A stretch of 25,001 bases of DNA, taken from an uncultured virus (IMG/VR IMGVR_UViG_3300029448_000008). Its lineage: Duplodnaviria > Heunggongvirae > Uroviricota > Caudoviricetes. The DNA lies in IMG/VR virus record IMGVR_UViG_3300029448_000008; one strand, 5' to 3'. Made by a program: the position numbers and the translations under genes. Shown piece after piece: positions 1 through 9,283 of this stretch (position 1 is the stretch's first letter; every line of letters begins with the position of its first letter). The notes beneath the pieces were generated by a model, which saw nothing but the letters and a program-made list of their open reading frames with translations, was not told the origin of the DNA and searched no databases.

Positions 1-3000
1 CAGAAGCTTCATCTTGAAATACAAACATTACAACTTTAGAAGCATTAGGAAATGCGCCACTGCTTCCTGTAGTAAATCCATTACCTCCATTATTTAACAT
101 ATGAAAAGTTCTTTCAGTACCTGCAGAACCACCATGACTTGAAAAGTCTGCTATTGTAACTTTAGCTGCGTATTGAGTTGCCCCGTTAGTAGCTGCATCA
201 GAATTTCCTTGTCCTTCTGTTTGACCTGTAGCATAAAAATCTTGCAGTAATCTTCTAAGCCCATGCGTATTACTGTAAGCCGCATTTTTCATAGCATTTA
301 AATCATCTTCAGTACTACTCATAGATCCAGAATCATCAAAATATATTTTTATATATGTATTTACATCTACGTTTATTACAGATAAGTTAACTGTAGCATC
401 ACTACTACAAGGTCCTTTTGTAACTGTATACTGGAATGAACCAGTTAAAGCAGCACTACTAGTATGACTAAACTTAATAGTATTACCACTTAATGTAGAA
501 CCTACACTAAGAACAGCATCACTGTTATTAGGATCTTTAAGAGTACCTATTACATTATTACTACTATCTTTAGGTAAGGTTTTAATTGTAACTACAGCAT
601 TAATTCCTGAAACCGTAGATCCCATACTATCATTAGTAATTATATTAAATGTACTGTCTCCTCCATTTGTTATACCTTCTACGCTATCATTAACTAATAC
701 AGGACAATCTAAAACTGTTAAAGTTTGAGCTCCTGATAAATCTGTACCAGCAGCTGAAACAGTTATAGCATTGCCTTGATTGTTAGTACCAGGTTTAGTT
801 ATAGCAGTTATAGTAGCTATAATAGTTTCTGTAGGAGATAATTCTATTACAGTATCTGTAGGTATAGCTTGTGATGGTTCTACATAAGCAGAGAGAGCCC
901 CAGCAGGCACTACAATAGTAGTAGGTGGTACACCGGTTCCTTCATTATAAGTTCCCGTGTACGCTACAGTAATTGTAAAATCTACTATTTGTGCAGATGT
1001 TAATGTAGCTGTAAGTCTAGGTTTTTCTCCTTCCCATACATTACCATTCCAGTTTAAAGAAACTCCCGGTTTTTGCGGACATACAGTAAGATCAATATAA
1101 GGAGCTACATAAAAAGAAGCATATGTGCCACTGTTTTGATTAACAACAGTTTCTATAATTTCTCCATATTGATCTAATATTTCTAAATTAGCATAACCCA
1201 CTTGACCGTTAGGATTACCATCACTTCCTATAATACAATAAGGATCAATAGGTCTAGCATCAGTAGGAACTTGTACATTACTAAACAAAGAAACTTTTAG
1301 TTTTAAATCTTTTTTAGATAGTAAAATTCTATTATTTTCTTCATCAAAAGCAGTGGTAAATCCAGATCCACCTATATTAAACGCTGTATCATTATTTTCT
1401 ACAGCCGTATTTAAGAATGTTAGATTATCTCTAAACCATTTACGCATTCCTTTATTAGATATTTCATTAAGATCTTTACCGACTAAAAATACTTTACCTT
1501 GTTCTACATCTACAAAACTATATCCTACTTTACTAATCAATGTTGAGGATAAGTGTTGTGTACCGGCATACCCGTTTTCTGTAGTTATAAGTTCAGTAGG
1601 AGCAAAATTAAATATATCTCCTGTTCCTAAAGTAGCTGTTGCACTGTCTGTAGCAATAACATCTTTAGTAGTAGTTTTAAAGATTGCATGCTCATGATGT
1701 ATAAGAAGTTCTTTTCCTATACCTTCTACATTTACTAGTTGCCCTCTATTTTTAGGCATTTCATAGTAGTCGTTTGTTTTAAACTCTTTAAGACTCATAG
1801 TTTTATCCTCTGCTCCATATGCTTGACTACGTATAACTCTATAAGGAAAAGAGCCTAAGAACTGATCTCTGTTGTCATATGCTATTACAGTGTTATAATT
1901 ATTAACAGCATTATAATCAGAGTTATAATTTAAAGAATTAGTATTAGTTATATCTACAGCTCTTGCTCTCCAGTTATGTAAAGCTTGTTTCTTCTTATCA
2001 AGTGTGGAATTAGCTGTAGTAGTTTCTCCCGTGCTTGCCATAGATCCAATACCACATCTAGGATAATAGCTATCTATAATACTAGTTTTAGCATGTCTAA
2101 GACCTACATTAGAAGTAGCGTATGCTGGGAAAAAGAATATATTTTTAGCTGCTTTAAACTGATTATCTGATTGATACCAAGGAGTTTGTTTACCTTTAGA
2201 ATAATATATAGGAGCTGTAAGTCTAATTCCATACATACTAACATATGTATCTCCACCATAAATAGGTGCAGTTTCTTTAATTATAAAGTCGTTATATCTT
2301 AAGTTTAGTTTATCTACAGTGCTTATTGAATAGTATCCATTAGTAGATATAAATTTTTGATCATAAAAACTATTATAAACATTTGTTTTATACGACTTTA
2401 AATCAACTAAATTATAATAAGGTCCTTTTGTTTGATCTATAATATCTGTACCATCTTCTTTTTGATAATGAGATTTTATCTCTCTCCATCCTTGAGGGTG
2501 AGTATAAGTAGTTACACCACTACTTACAGCAGATGATATAAAACCGGTATGATGATTTATTTCACTCCAAGTTTTTTCATTATCATAATGTACAATAGAT
2601 GCGTGGAAACATTCTTCTCCATATGTATTATTAACAGTAATACTTTTTTTGTTAACTACAGTATCTCCAGGAACATAAGAAGGTTGTTGTAATTGCCTTA
2701 ATTGTTTATAATGATTTGTAGCAAGAGAAAAAGAAGGGTTTCTAGCAACTGTAGTAGAAGTTGCAAATCTATTCCATATTTGATTATAACTAGCTTGTAC
2801 TGGAGTATCTACTGTAGAATTTAATCCTACTACATTTCTGTAGACTCCTAGTGCATCTGCATTAGCCGGGTCTGCAGTAAAGCTTACACTATCATCATAC
2901 TCACTAGCAGATCCTGTACCATTTTCTGCTGTAATTCTAGATAAACTTAATACATCTGAATAATCTGTAGATCCTAAAGTAGCCACAGTTTTTATATAAG

Positions 3001-6000
3001 CAGATTGTATAGTAGGTTTATTATTTAATACATCAAATCCATGAAAACGAAAAGACGTAGGTATAATTCTATGTTGTTTAGATAATGCGTGTACATCTAA
3101 ACTCATACCTCCTCCTGTTGTAGTATCTGTAGCATTATCTGTTTGAGTCCAGTCAGAACCAGTATATCCAGTTCCTGCATCTCCATAAGCATTATTACCA
3201 TCTTTTAAATACAAATTACCTAATGGTATAAGATGTCCTGCATATGATCCTTCTTGATTAGGATACAAAGCATGAGGAGCACCATGAAAAGCAATAGATT
3301 GATCAAAAGTTTGTTGATTTCTATTATCTCTTTCTGCATAATATATTTGATATCCTTGTACTTTATCTTTTAATTCATTAGGAATTTTTATGTTACTAAA
3401 TTTAATACCTAATATAGCCGCATTCATTGAGTATGGACTATAAGCAGGCTCAGGAAACACGTAGTTATAAGTTAATCCTTGTAAATTATATTCATAAGTA
3501 ACAGTAGTTTTATAATCAGAAGCGGTATGAGAAATAGTACTAGGACCAGTAATAACTGTTTCATGATAAAATTGTAATACATCTCCTGCTTGTAAGCTTA
3601 TAGCTATATGAGGATCAGGTCTAAACACATCTTCTGTTTCTTCAGTAGTAAAGTTACCACCCATAGTAGATGTAACTATATTATCATTTGTAGCTTTTAA
3701 TACTTTTGTTTTTGTTTCTGTATTTCTGTATACATCTTCTCTTATCCAAGTATCAGTATCTGATATATCTAGCTTTCTTACTTTACGTATACCTGATATC
3801 ACTTGATGTTTTACAGTAAGATCTCCTGAAGCTGCTCCTGATAGTCTGTTAGTTTTAACTTTTATACCATGTTTACCAGTAAAATATAAAGTGTGTGCTA
3901 TATTAGCAGTGTAAGTATAATTACCATTAGACCAAACTCCTTTGGAAAAATTACCTGTAACTGCTGCAGCAAAATTATTATGTGAAGTTAAAGGAGCTTG
4001 AGCTACTTGATTAGCTAACCCACCAGAATGAAAATGAAAAGAATCAAATGTTACACTTGCCATAGTGCTAGTATCAATAGCAGAAGGTGTATTACTTTGT
4101 TTTACAGTACCATTACCTATAGCTCCATACGGTTGACTTGTTATAAAACTTGGTTGTAAATAATTACCTAGTGTAGCAGTAAATTCAAACTCTACTCCTT
4201 GTCTAATAGTTTTTATACCATTACCATTATTAGATCCTGCATTATATGAACTATTATTCCAAAAAGAGTTTATAATAGCAACTTGAGGATCTTCTTCTCC
4301 AGATATAATTGGATCAGATTTCATAGTGTAATCATAACTACTATGTACTCTGTTACATCCATTTTTATGTTCTCCCTCTCCCCAGAATCTTGCGTATACT
4401 TGTGATTTTTTAGCTGCGTTTAAACAAAACTTTTTATACCATTTCCACCAGTAACATCCTATCATTTTACCTTCATAGTTACTAATATCTGCACCGTTAA
4501 CATAATAAAAAGTTTGTCCTGTTCTATAAGGTAAAGAAGATATAGGAGTAGCTAAGTTTTTACCCATACCAGCTCCTTCATATTCAAAATCAAATCCATC
4601 AGCTAATGTATCTGCATTTTCTGGAGATAACATATTAGGATATAATTCATTTATAGGAATACTACCTCCAGAAATTTGACTAGGAGCTACAACAGAATGT
4701 TGATATCCTCCAGATCTCATGTCTCCATTTATTTGTATTTTAGAATCTGTTAAATAATGATAATAAGGTTTGCCATTAATAACAAATTCTCTTGGATCTC
4801 TAGACTTTGCTAAAAGATAATATCCAGCAGCAGCTTGTCCGTTAGAGTTAGATACATATAAATATAAATGATGCCATACACGTTGTCTTTTAAATATTTG
4901 ATTATGGTCTGATCTACTACCTCCTGTATCATCATCATTTTGACCATAGATACTTATTTGTGTATCGTCATTTTCATTAGGAAGATCAGGTCTTAAATCT
5001 ATATCACATTCATCCATGTAAGCCATTACGACTAAATCTCCTGTACCTGTAGCTTGTTGAGATCCACCAGAGGTATCTACAAACGTAGTGTTTAATCCAT
5101 TCATTGTAGCATAAGATGGAAACTTATGATGTCTTACTGGAGTGCCTGCATTAGATCCAAAACTATTCTCATCGTCAGGATATTTCTCAGTTTCATTTTG
5201 CCAAAACCCCATTTTACCATCAACTTTAGCAGTGTCTCTTGTTTGAAACCATCTGACATCATCATTTATTCCTATGTCGTGTTGAAATATTTCTTCGTAT
5301 TTTATTCTATCTGTAGCTGTAATAGTTCCAGAAGCTACATCTCCTAATACAACATCACCTAGTTTTATATCTTCTTCTACTGTTATAGGAGTTAGATAAT
5401 TGTTTTGTGAGTCTTGTAATGCTATTGTAACAGATTCTTTCTCTCTTCCTGGTATATGATAGGCTCCCGACCAAGTTCCATCATTGTATAAAAAGGATAT
5501 ATAAAAAGCGTAAACTTCATCAGGTCTGAATCCACGTTTGTTGTAGACCATAAGTTCGTCTTTATAAGATCCTTTTACTGAGTTTACATCTACAAAATCT
5601 CTAACCCATTCAGATTTAATATCCATAGCATAAGCCTGGTAATTAAAGTCTTCATGAGATGTAAGATTACCTAGATATAATTTGCTTTCAAAGTAAGTCA
5701 TACTTTTAGCTGTACTATAAGTATCATTACCTACAGTTATATCTTCTAACAATAATGTGCTAGAGGTTTCTTTCCCAGTATAAGTTATACTAAATGTATC
5801 TCTATCTTCGTCTCCTGTTTGTACTCCTACATATTCTAAAGAGTCATCTGTTAATTCATCAATGCTTGCAGTTGCTATTTCTAACTTTTTAATAAATTCA
5901 CTTGTTGTAACACCTCCTATTTTTTTGTACACAGCAAAATAAACATATTTATATCTTGTATCTACATCTGATAATGTAAATTTTATAGACTTAGAAGTAG

Positions 6001-7054
6001 CGCTGTCTGGTTCACATCCATCATACATTGATACTGTTTCAAAGTTATTTTGCATGTCTTTTCTAAAACTACCAGAAAGTTCTAATGTAGAATTAGTAAC
6101 AATAAACGGTCCGTCTAAAGGTGTATAATTAGTCACACTGCCGTCTTCCATTTCGTAAGCAAAAGAAAAGAAATATGTACCAGATCTTAAAGCTCCTCCA
6201 CTATCTAGTATTTCTTTATATACAATTTTAGGTCTTTTATATTCTGGGAATAAATAAGACAATACAATGTTTCTTTCATCTAATATTTTTTTAGATGTAC
6301 TATCTACCTTAAAAGGTAAAGTATCTATGTTTAATATTTTTGGAGGGGTTTTATTATCCGTAAATGCAATAATGACTTCTTTCTTAAAATTTAATACAAA
6401 ACATCCTTTAATAAAACTATCTGAAACAAACTTTAATGATTTAGATTTTAAAATAGGAGTATATGTTCCTGTTTTATTTAGTCTACCAATCTCTGATTCA
6501 TATTCTTCATCGTTTATTACGACAGCGCTATTTGCAATTAATGCTACTGTTAAACCGGAAACTACATTATCAGAATCAGTAGATGCTGCTATACTAAAAG
6601 TAAAAGTAAAATTACTAGCAGGAGTAGAAGCATTAGTTTGTAATACAAGTTCTTGATTATTTATATATACAGTGTGAGTACTAGCACTTGAATAAACAGT
6701 ATTAAGTTCTGTAATATTTACCGTGGTAGTACCTGCTATACCATCTACATCTGTATAACCTATTGTTAAAACACCAGACATAGCTCTAGGTACAGTTACT
6801 TTGTACTTAGCATAAGTTCTTGTTATTGTTTGATTGGTAGAGTCATCGTCTCTTGAGAATATAATAATCTCATCATTTATAATAGGTATAGATCCTATTA
6901 TTTTTTTATTTAAATCTGTAATTCTATCAAAGCCAAGTTCATTAGCTACAGCTCCTTGTATTTTATTAATAAGCACATTTCTAGCATTAGGGTACGTACC
7001 CTGCAACTGATCAATTGGATCCGTATCTTTATATAACCCTTGTGTAAGCTTCAT
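1..7054 (-). CDS. Tail stabilization / muzzle protein (crAss-like Tstab), 3'-truncated by the window edge, >2350 aa, with large insertions
   Basis: Not in the ORF track. The ATG at 7054 overlaps the upstream TAA (TAATG). Manual translation starts MKLTQGLYKDTDPIDQLQGTYPNARNVLINKIQGAVANELGFD. Internal motifs: KRGFRPDEVYAFYISFLYNDGTWSGAYHIPGRE (~5440-5540), VRHHKFPS (~5115-5138), ILGIKFSNIKIP...VQGYQIYYAER (~3330-3417), GYAGTQH...EISNKGMRKWF (~1430-1575). The same frame is still open at 2-360 (...VVMFVFQDEAS). Absence from the track is consistent with no in-frame stop. Confidence 0.85.
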   Translation of the reverse strand, partial: MKLTQGLYKDTDPIDQLQGTYPNARNVLINKIQGAVANELGFDRITDLNKKIIGSIPIINDEIIIFSRDDDSTNQTITRTYAKYKVTVPRAMSGVLTIGYTDVDGIAGTTTVNITELNTVYSSASTHTVYINNQELVLQTNASTPASNFTFTFSIAASTDSDNVVSGLTVALIANSAVVINDEEYESEIGRLNKTGTYTPILKSKSLKFVSDSFIKGCFVLNFKKEVIIAFTDNKTPPKILNIDTLPFKVDSTSKKILDERNIVLSYLFPEYKRPKIVYKEILDSGGALRSGTYFFSFAYEMEDGSVTNYTPLDGPFIVTNSTLELSGSFRKDMQNNFETVSMYDGCEPDSATSKSIKFTLSDVDTRYKYVYFAVYKKIGGVTTSEFIKKLEIATASIDELTDDSLEYVGVQTGDEDRDTFSITYTGKETSSTLLLEDITVGNDTYSTAKSMTYFESKLYLGNLTSHEDFNYQAYAMDIKSEWVRDFVDVNSVKGSYKDELMVYNKRGFRPDEVYAFYISFLYNDGTWSGAYHIPGREKESVTIALQDSQNNYLTPITVEEDIKLGDVVLGDVASGTITATDRIKYEEIFQHDIGINDDVRWFQTRDTAKVDGKMGFWQNETEKYPDDENSFGSNAGTPVRHHKFPSYATMNGLNTTFVDTSGGSQQATGTGDLVVMAYMDECDIDLRPDLPNENDDTQISIYGQNDDDTGGSRSDHNQIFKRQRVWHHLYLYVSNSNGQAAAGYYLLAKSRDPREFVINGKPYYHYLTDSKIQINGDMRSGGYQHSVVAPSQISGGSIPINELYPNMLSPENADTLADGFDFEYEGAGMGKNLATPISSLPYRTGQTFYYVNGADISNYEGKMIGCYWWKWYKKFCLNAAKKSQVYARFWGEGEHKNGCNRVHSSYDYTMKSDPIISGEEDPQVAIINSFWNNSSYNAGSNNGNGIKTIRQGVEFEFTATLGNYLQPSFITSQPYGAIGNGTVKQSNTPSAIDTSTMASVTFDSFHFHSGGLANQVAQAPLTSHNNFAAAVTGNFSKGVWSNGNYTYTANIAHTLYFTGKHGIKVKTNRLSGAASGDLTVKHQVISGIRKVRKLDISDTDTWIREDVYRNTETKTKVLKATNDNIVTSTMGGNFTTEETEDVFRPDPHIAISLQAGDVLQFYHETVITGPSTISHTASDYKTTVTYEYNLQGLTYNYVFPEPAYSPYSMNAAILGIKFSNIKIPNELKDKVQGYQIYYAERDNRNQQTFDQSIAFHGAPHALYPNQEGSYAGHLIPLGNLYLKDGNNAYGDAGTGYTGSDWTQTDNATDTTTGGGMSLDVHALSKQHRIIPTSFRFHGFDVLNNKPTIQSAYIKTVATLGSTDYSDVLSLSRITAENGTGSASEYDDSVSFTADPANADALGVYRNVVGLNSTVDTPVQASYNQIWNRFATSTTVARNPSFSLATNHYKQLRQLQQPSYVPGDTVVNKKSITVNNTYGEECFHASIVHYDNEKTWSEINHHTGFISSAVSSGVTTYTHPQGWREIKSHYQKEDGTDIIDQTKGPYYNLVDLKSYKTNVYNSFYDQKFISTNGYYSISTVDKLNLRYNDFIIKETAPIYGGDTYVSMYGIRLTAPIYYSKGKQTPWYQSDNQFKAAKNIFFFPAYATSNVGLRHAKTSIIDSYYPRCGIGSMASTGETTTANSTLDKKKQALHNWRARAVDITNTNSLNYNSDYNAVNNYNTVIAYDNRDQFLGSFPYRVIRSQAYGAEDKTMSLKEFKTNDYYEMPKNRGQLVNVEGIGKELLIHHEHAIFKTTTKDVIATDSATATLGTGDIFNFAPTELITTENGYAGTQHLSSTLISKVGYSFVDVEQGKVFLVGKDLNEISNKGMRKWFRDNLTFLNTAVENNDTAFNIGGSGFTTAFDEENNRILLSKKDLKLKVSLFSNVQVPTDARPIDPYCIIGSDGNPNGQVGYANLEILDQYGEIIETVVNQNSGTYASFYVAPYIDLTVCPQKPGVSLNWNGNVWEGEKPRLTATLTSAQIVDFTITVAYTGTYNEGTGVPPTTIVVPAGALSAYVEPSQAIPTDTVIELSPTETIIATITAITKPGTNNQGNAITVSAAGTDLSGAQTLTVLDCPVLVNDSVEGITNGGDSTFNIITNDSMGSTVSGINAVVTIKTLPKDSSNNVIGTLKDPNNSDAVLSVGSTLSGNTIKFSHTSSAALTGSFQYTVTKGPCSSDATVNLSVINVDVNTYIKIYFDDSGSMSSTEDDLNAMKNAAYSNTHGLRRLLQDFYATGQTEGQGNSDAATNGATQYAAKVTIADFSSHGGSAGTERTFHMLNNGGNGFTTGSSGAFPNASKVVMFVFQDEAS

Positions 7055-7848
7055 TATTTAAGAATCTGTTCTGTTGTTTGATTACCCATAAAAAAGTCTC
7101 TATGCGCATTTATATTTGGTATCAATCTAACCCACATGTTTTTAAATGCTTCTGTTTTATCTATTGATGGGAATGCTAAATCATTTTGTGCACTTACACA
7201 ATATTGACCCCATTTTTGATCTGCAACTTCCCAAGTAAATAAAGGATGTGCATATCCGCCCATAAGCATTTGTCTAAGTATATACCACTCTAATGCTTGC
7301 TTTACATATACATTATCAGGAACCATAGGGTATCCATCATCATCTGTAGGGTAAGCATTATAGTGTATTTTAAGAGTTCCTTTTTCAAAGTTTGTTTGTA
7401 TGTTACCATTATTTATTATATAGTAATCACCTCCATAAGGACTATTCTTTGTACTCCTTAATGTTAAATTACTAGAATTATTACTAGTATTATTAACATC
7501 TGTAGTCCAAGCAGAACTAAAAGTTTCACTTGTTGTTCCATTCGGAGTCATACCCGTAGTTCTAGCAGCATTAGGTAAATCATACCCAGCTGTATCAGTA
7601 CCATACATTAACGCAGATCCATTATATTCTACTTGTATTATATTTAATAAATCCGCAGGAAGTGCTGCTTTATGACTAGAAATAGTTACAGTTGATGCTT
7701 TTCTTTCTGTAGTAGAAAGAGTTCCTATATAATCTAAAGCTTCGCCTATCCATTCCATGGCATCTAATACCCATGTTTCATCATTAATACGTAAGTCTCT
7801 AAAGACTTTAGAAATTACATGCTTTGCGCTAATTATTTTATAGTTCAT
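7054..7848 (-). CDS. Tail tubular / ring protein (crAss-like Ttub)
   Basis: 264 aa. Motifs ISAKHVISKVFRDL, EWIGEALDYIG, HKAALPADL, IQTNFEKG..KIHYNAYPTDDDGYPMVPDN...ALEWYI are recognised from crAss-like tail tubular proteins, and the gene lies directly upstream of the Tstab-like gene. Confidence 0.75.
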   Translation of the reverse strand: MNYKIISAKHVISKVFRDLRINDETWVLDAMEWIGEALDYIGTLSTTERKASTVTISSHKAALPADLLNIIQVEYNGSALMYGTDTAGYDLPNAARTTGMTPNGTTSETFSSAWTTDVNNTSNNSSNLTLRSTKNSPYGGDYYIINNGNIQTNFEKGTLKIHYNAYPTDDDGYPMVPDNVYVKQALEWYILRQMLMGGYAHPLFTWEVADQKWGQYCVSAQNDLAFPSIDKTEAFKNMWVRLIPNINAHRDFFMGNQTTEQILK

Positions 7849-8282
7849 TTTTTTATATAATTTAAAAATGCAAACTCATCACTTTGTATTAAGTTTGAGA
7901 GTGCTCGTTTTATACCATTTGGTCCACTGGTCGGAGAAAATTTGTACACACTTTTGTTTGGTACTTTACATCTTCTTTTAGCCCAATACCATCTGAACCA
8001 GTGATCATCTGTATAATATACTACTTTATCTATACCTTGTGCTTTTAACTTTTTTGTTTCAAAGTAATTAACACTTTTCTTATCAAAATTTCTTTCTATT
8101 CTTCTTATGCTTATTGTACCTAGTTTATATCCTAAGTAAAACTCACTTCCTTCTAAAACTTTTGCTACTAATTTTTTATTAAATTTTGATATAATATACT
8201 TATAAAGAGTATATGTTACATCGGTGTCTGGATACTTTTTTTTATAGTATGCAAACATATCTTTTGCTCCATGTCTATTCAT
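7845..8282 (-). CDS. Basic IHF/HU-like protein of the crAss-like tail gene block
   Basis: 145 aa, K/R/Y-rich. FNKKLVAKVLEGSEFYLGYKLGTISIRR resembles the HU/IHF helix + LGxF/I strand. Position matches the IHF-like gene upstream of Ttub in crAss-like phages. ATGA overlap with the next gene. Confidence 0.65.
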   Translation of the reverse strand: MNRHGAKDMFAYYKKKYPDTDVTYTLYKYIISKFNKKLVAKVLEGSEFYLGYKLGTISIRRIERNFDKKSVNYFETKKLKAQGIDKVVYYTDDHWFRWYWAKRRCKVPNKSVYKFSPTSGPNGIKRALSNLIQSDEFAFLNYIKK

Positions 8283-9261
8283 CTGGTTCTACTTCTTCGT
8301 TTTTGTTTAATTGATTTTCTATTTGATATTCACCCGCTAATATAGATTGTGTAATCATCTGTATCATATCAGCTGTTACTGGGTAATCCATGTCATCATT
8401 ATAACACGGTTCACCTAAGTATGTAAAGCCTCTTAAGTCGTTTACATCTTCAAATATCGCTCTAACAAACAATTTAGGAAGTAGATAATCTGTTCCTAAT
8501 ACAATATCTGCAGTAGGAATATTTAATGTATAGATTCTATCGTTTTGATAGAAGTACTTAGGGTTAGCTTGATTGTACTTTGTAAAATATGCATACTTTG
8601 AATTTCCCGGGGTAATTGGTATAAGATCTACTTTTTCTACAATTTTCTTTGTAGGATCAATATCTCCTGTAACAAGAGTAATAACCACATCTGCACTACC
8701 TCCTATAGTAGCTTTAGGTATTGTTATAGTATCTCCTATTAAATATCCAGATCCTATTCCTGTAACAGTTATAGCAGTTACAGCACCACCGGATACAGTT
8801 AAACTAAGAACAGCTCCTGTTCCTTTACCACTTGTAGTAGTAGCAACGTTTGTATAGTTATTATTTGTACCATCACTTGTATTTGTAGTAATAGATGCAA
8901 CTAATTCATCAGCTGTTACTGATAAAGATCCGTCGTATATATTTTTAAAATACGCAACCTGAAAAAAAGGAAGTCCCCTTTTTAATCTTACAGGATCTGG
9001 TACTTGACTGTTTGATTTATGTAGTCCTTGACCGTTTATAGCTGCAGAAAACTCTATAGAGTCATTAATGTTTACAATAGAGATAGGAATTTCTATTGTT
9101 TGTATAAATTGATCAGGTAGATAAGTGTTTCTTTCTTGGTCTCTTCTAATTAACAAAGACCTATAATATTTAATTTGAAACTTAAGACGCTCTATGTATG
9201 CCGCATTCGTACCTCTGCCAGCAGCATCAGCTATATTATATGCGATTTCATTTAGAGTCAT
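8275..9261 (-). CDS. Structural ring-type tail protein with an internal G/T-rich beta-module insertion
   Basis: 328 aa. The N-terminus MTLNEIAYNI...IKYYRSLLIRRD and C-terminus PKYFYQNDRIY...VRAIFED...CYNDDMDYPVTADMI resemble crAss-like ring proteins. A compositionally distinct segment lies at ~8656-8925. Confidence 0.65.
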   Translation of the reverse strand: MTLNEIAYNIADAAGRGTNAAYIERLKFQIKYYRSLLIRRDQERNTYLPDQFIQTIEIPISIVNINDSIEFSAAINGQGLHKSNSQVPDPVRLKRGLPFFQVAYFKNIYDGSLSVTADELVASITTNTSDGTNNNYTNVATTTSGKGTGAVLSLTVSGGAVTAITVTGIGSGYLIGDTITIPKATIGGSADVVITLVTGDIDPTKKIVEKVDLIPITPGNSKYAYFTKYNQANPKYFYQNDRIYTLNIPTADIVLGTDYLLPKLFVRAIFEDVNDLRGFTYLGEPCYNDDMDYPVTADMIQMITQSILAGEYQIENQLNKNEEVEPDE

Positions 9262-9283
9262 TGTCTTATTGTTTTAAATTATT

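Noticed and set aside
1..7053. Apparent 7-kb gene-poor region in the ORF track (possible stop-codon recoding or non-coding DNA)
   Set aside because: It is a single minus-strand ORF from 7054 running off the window edge, and the parts translated by hand are open in the standard code.
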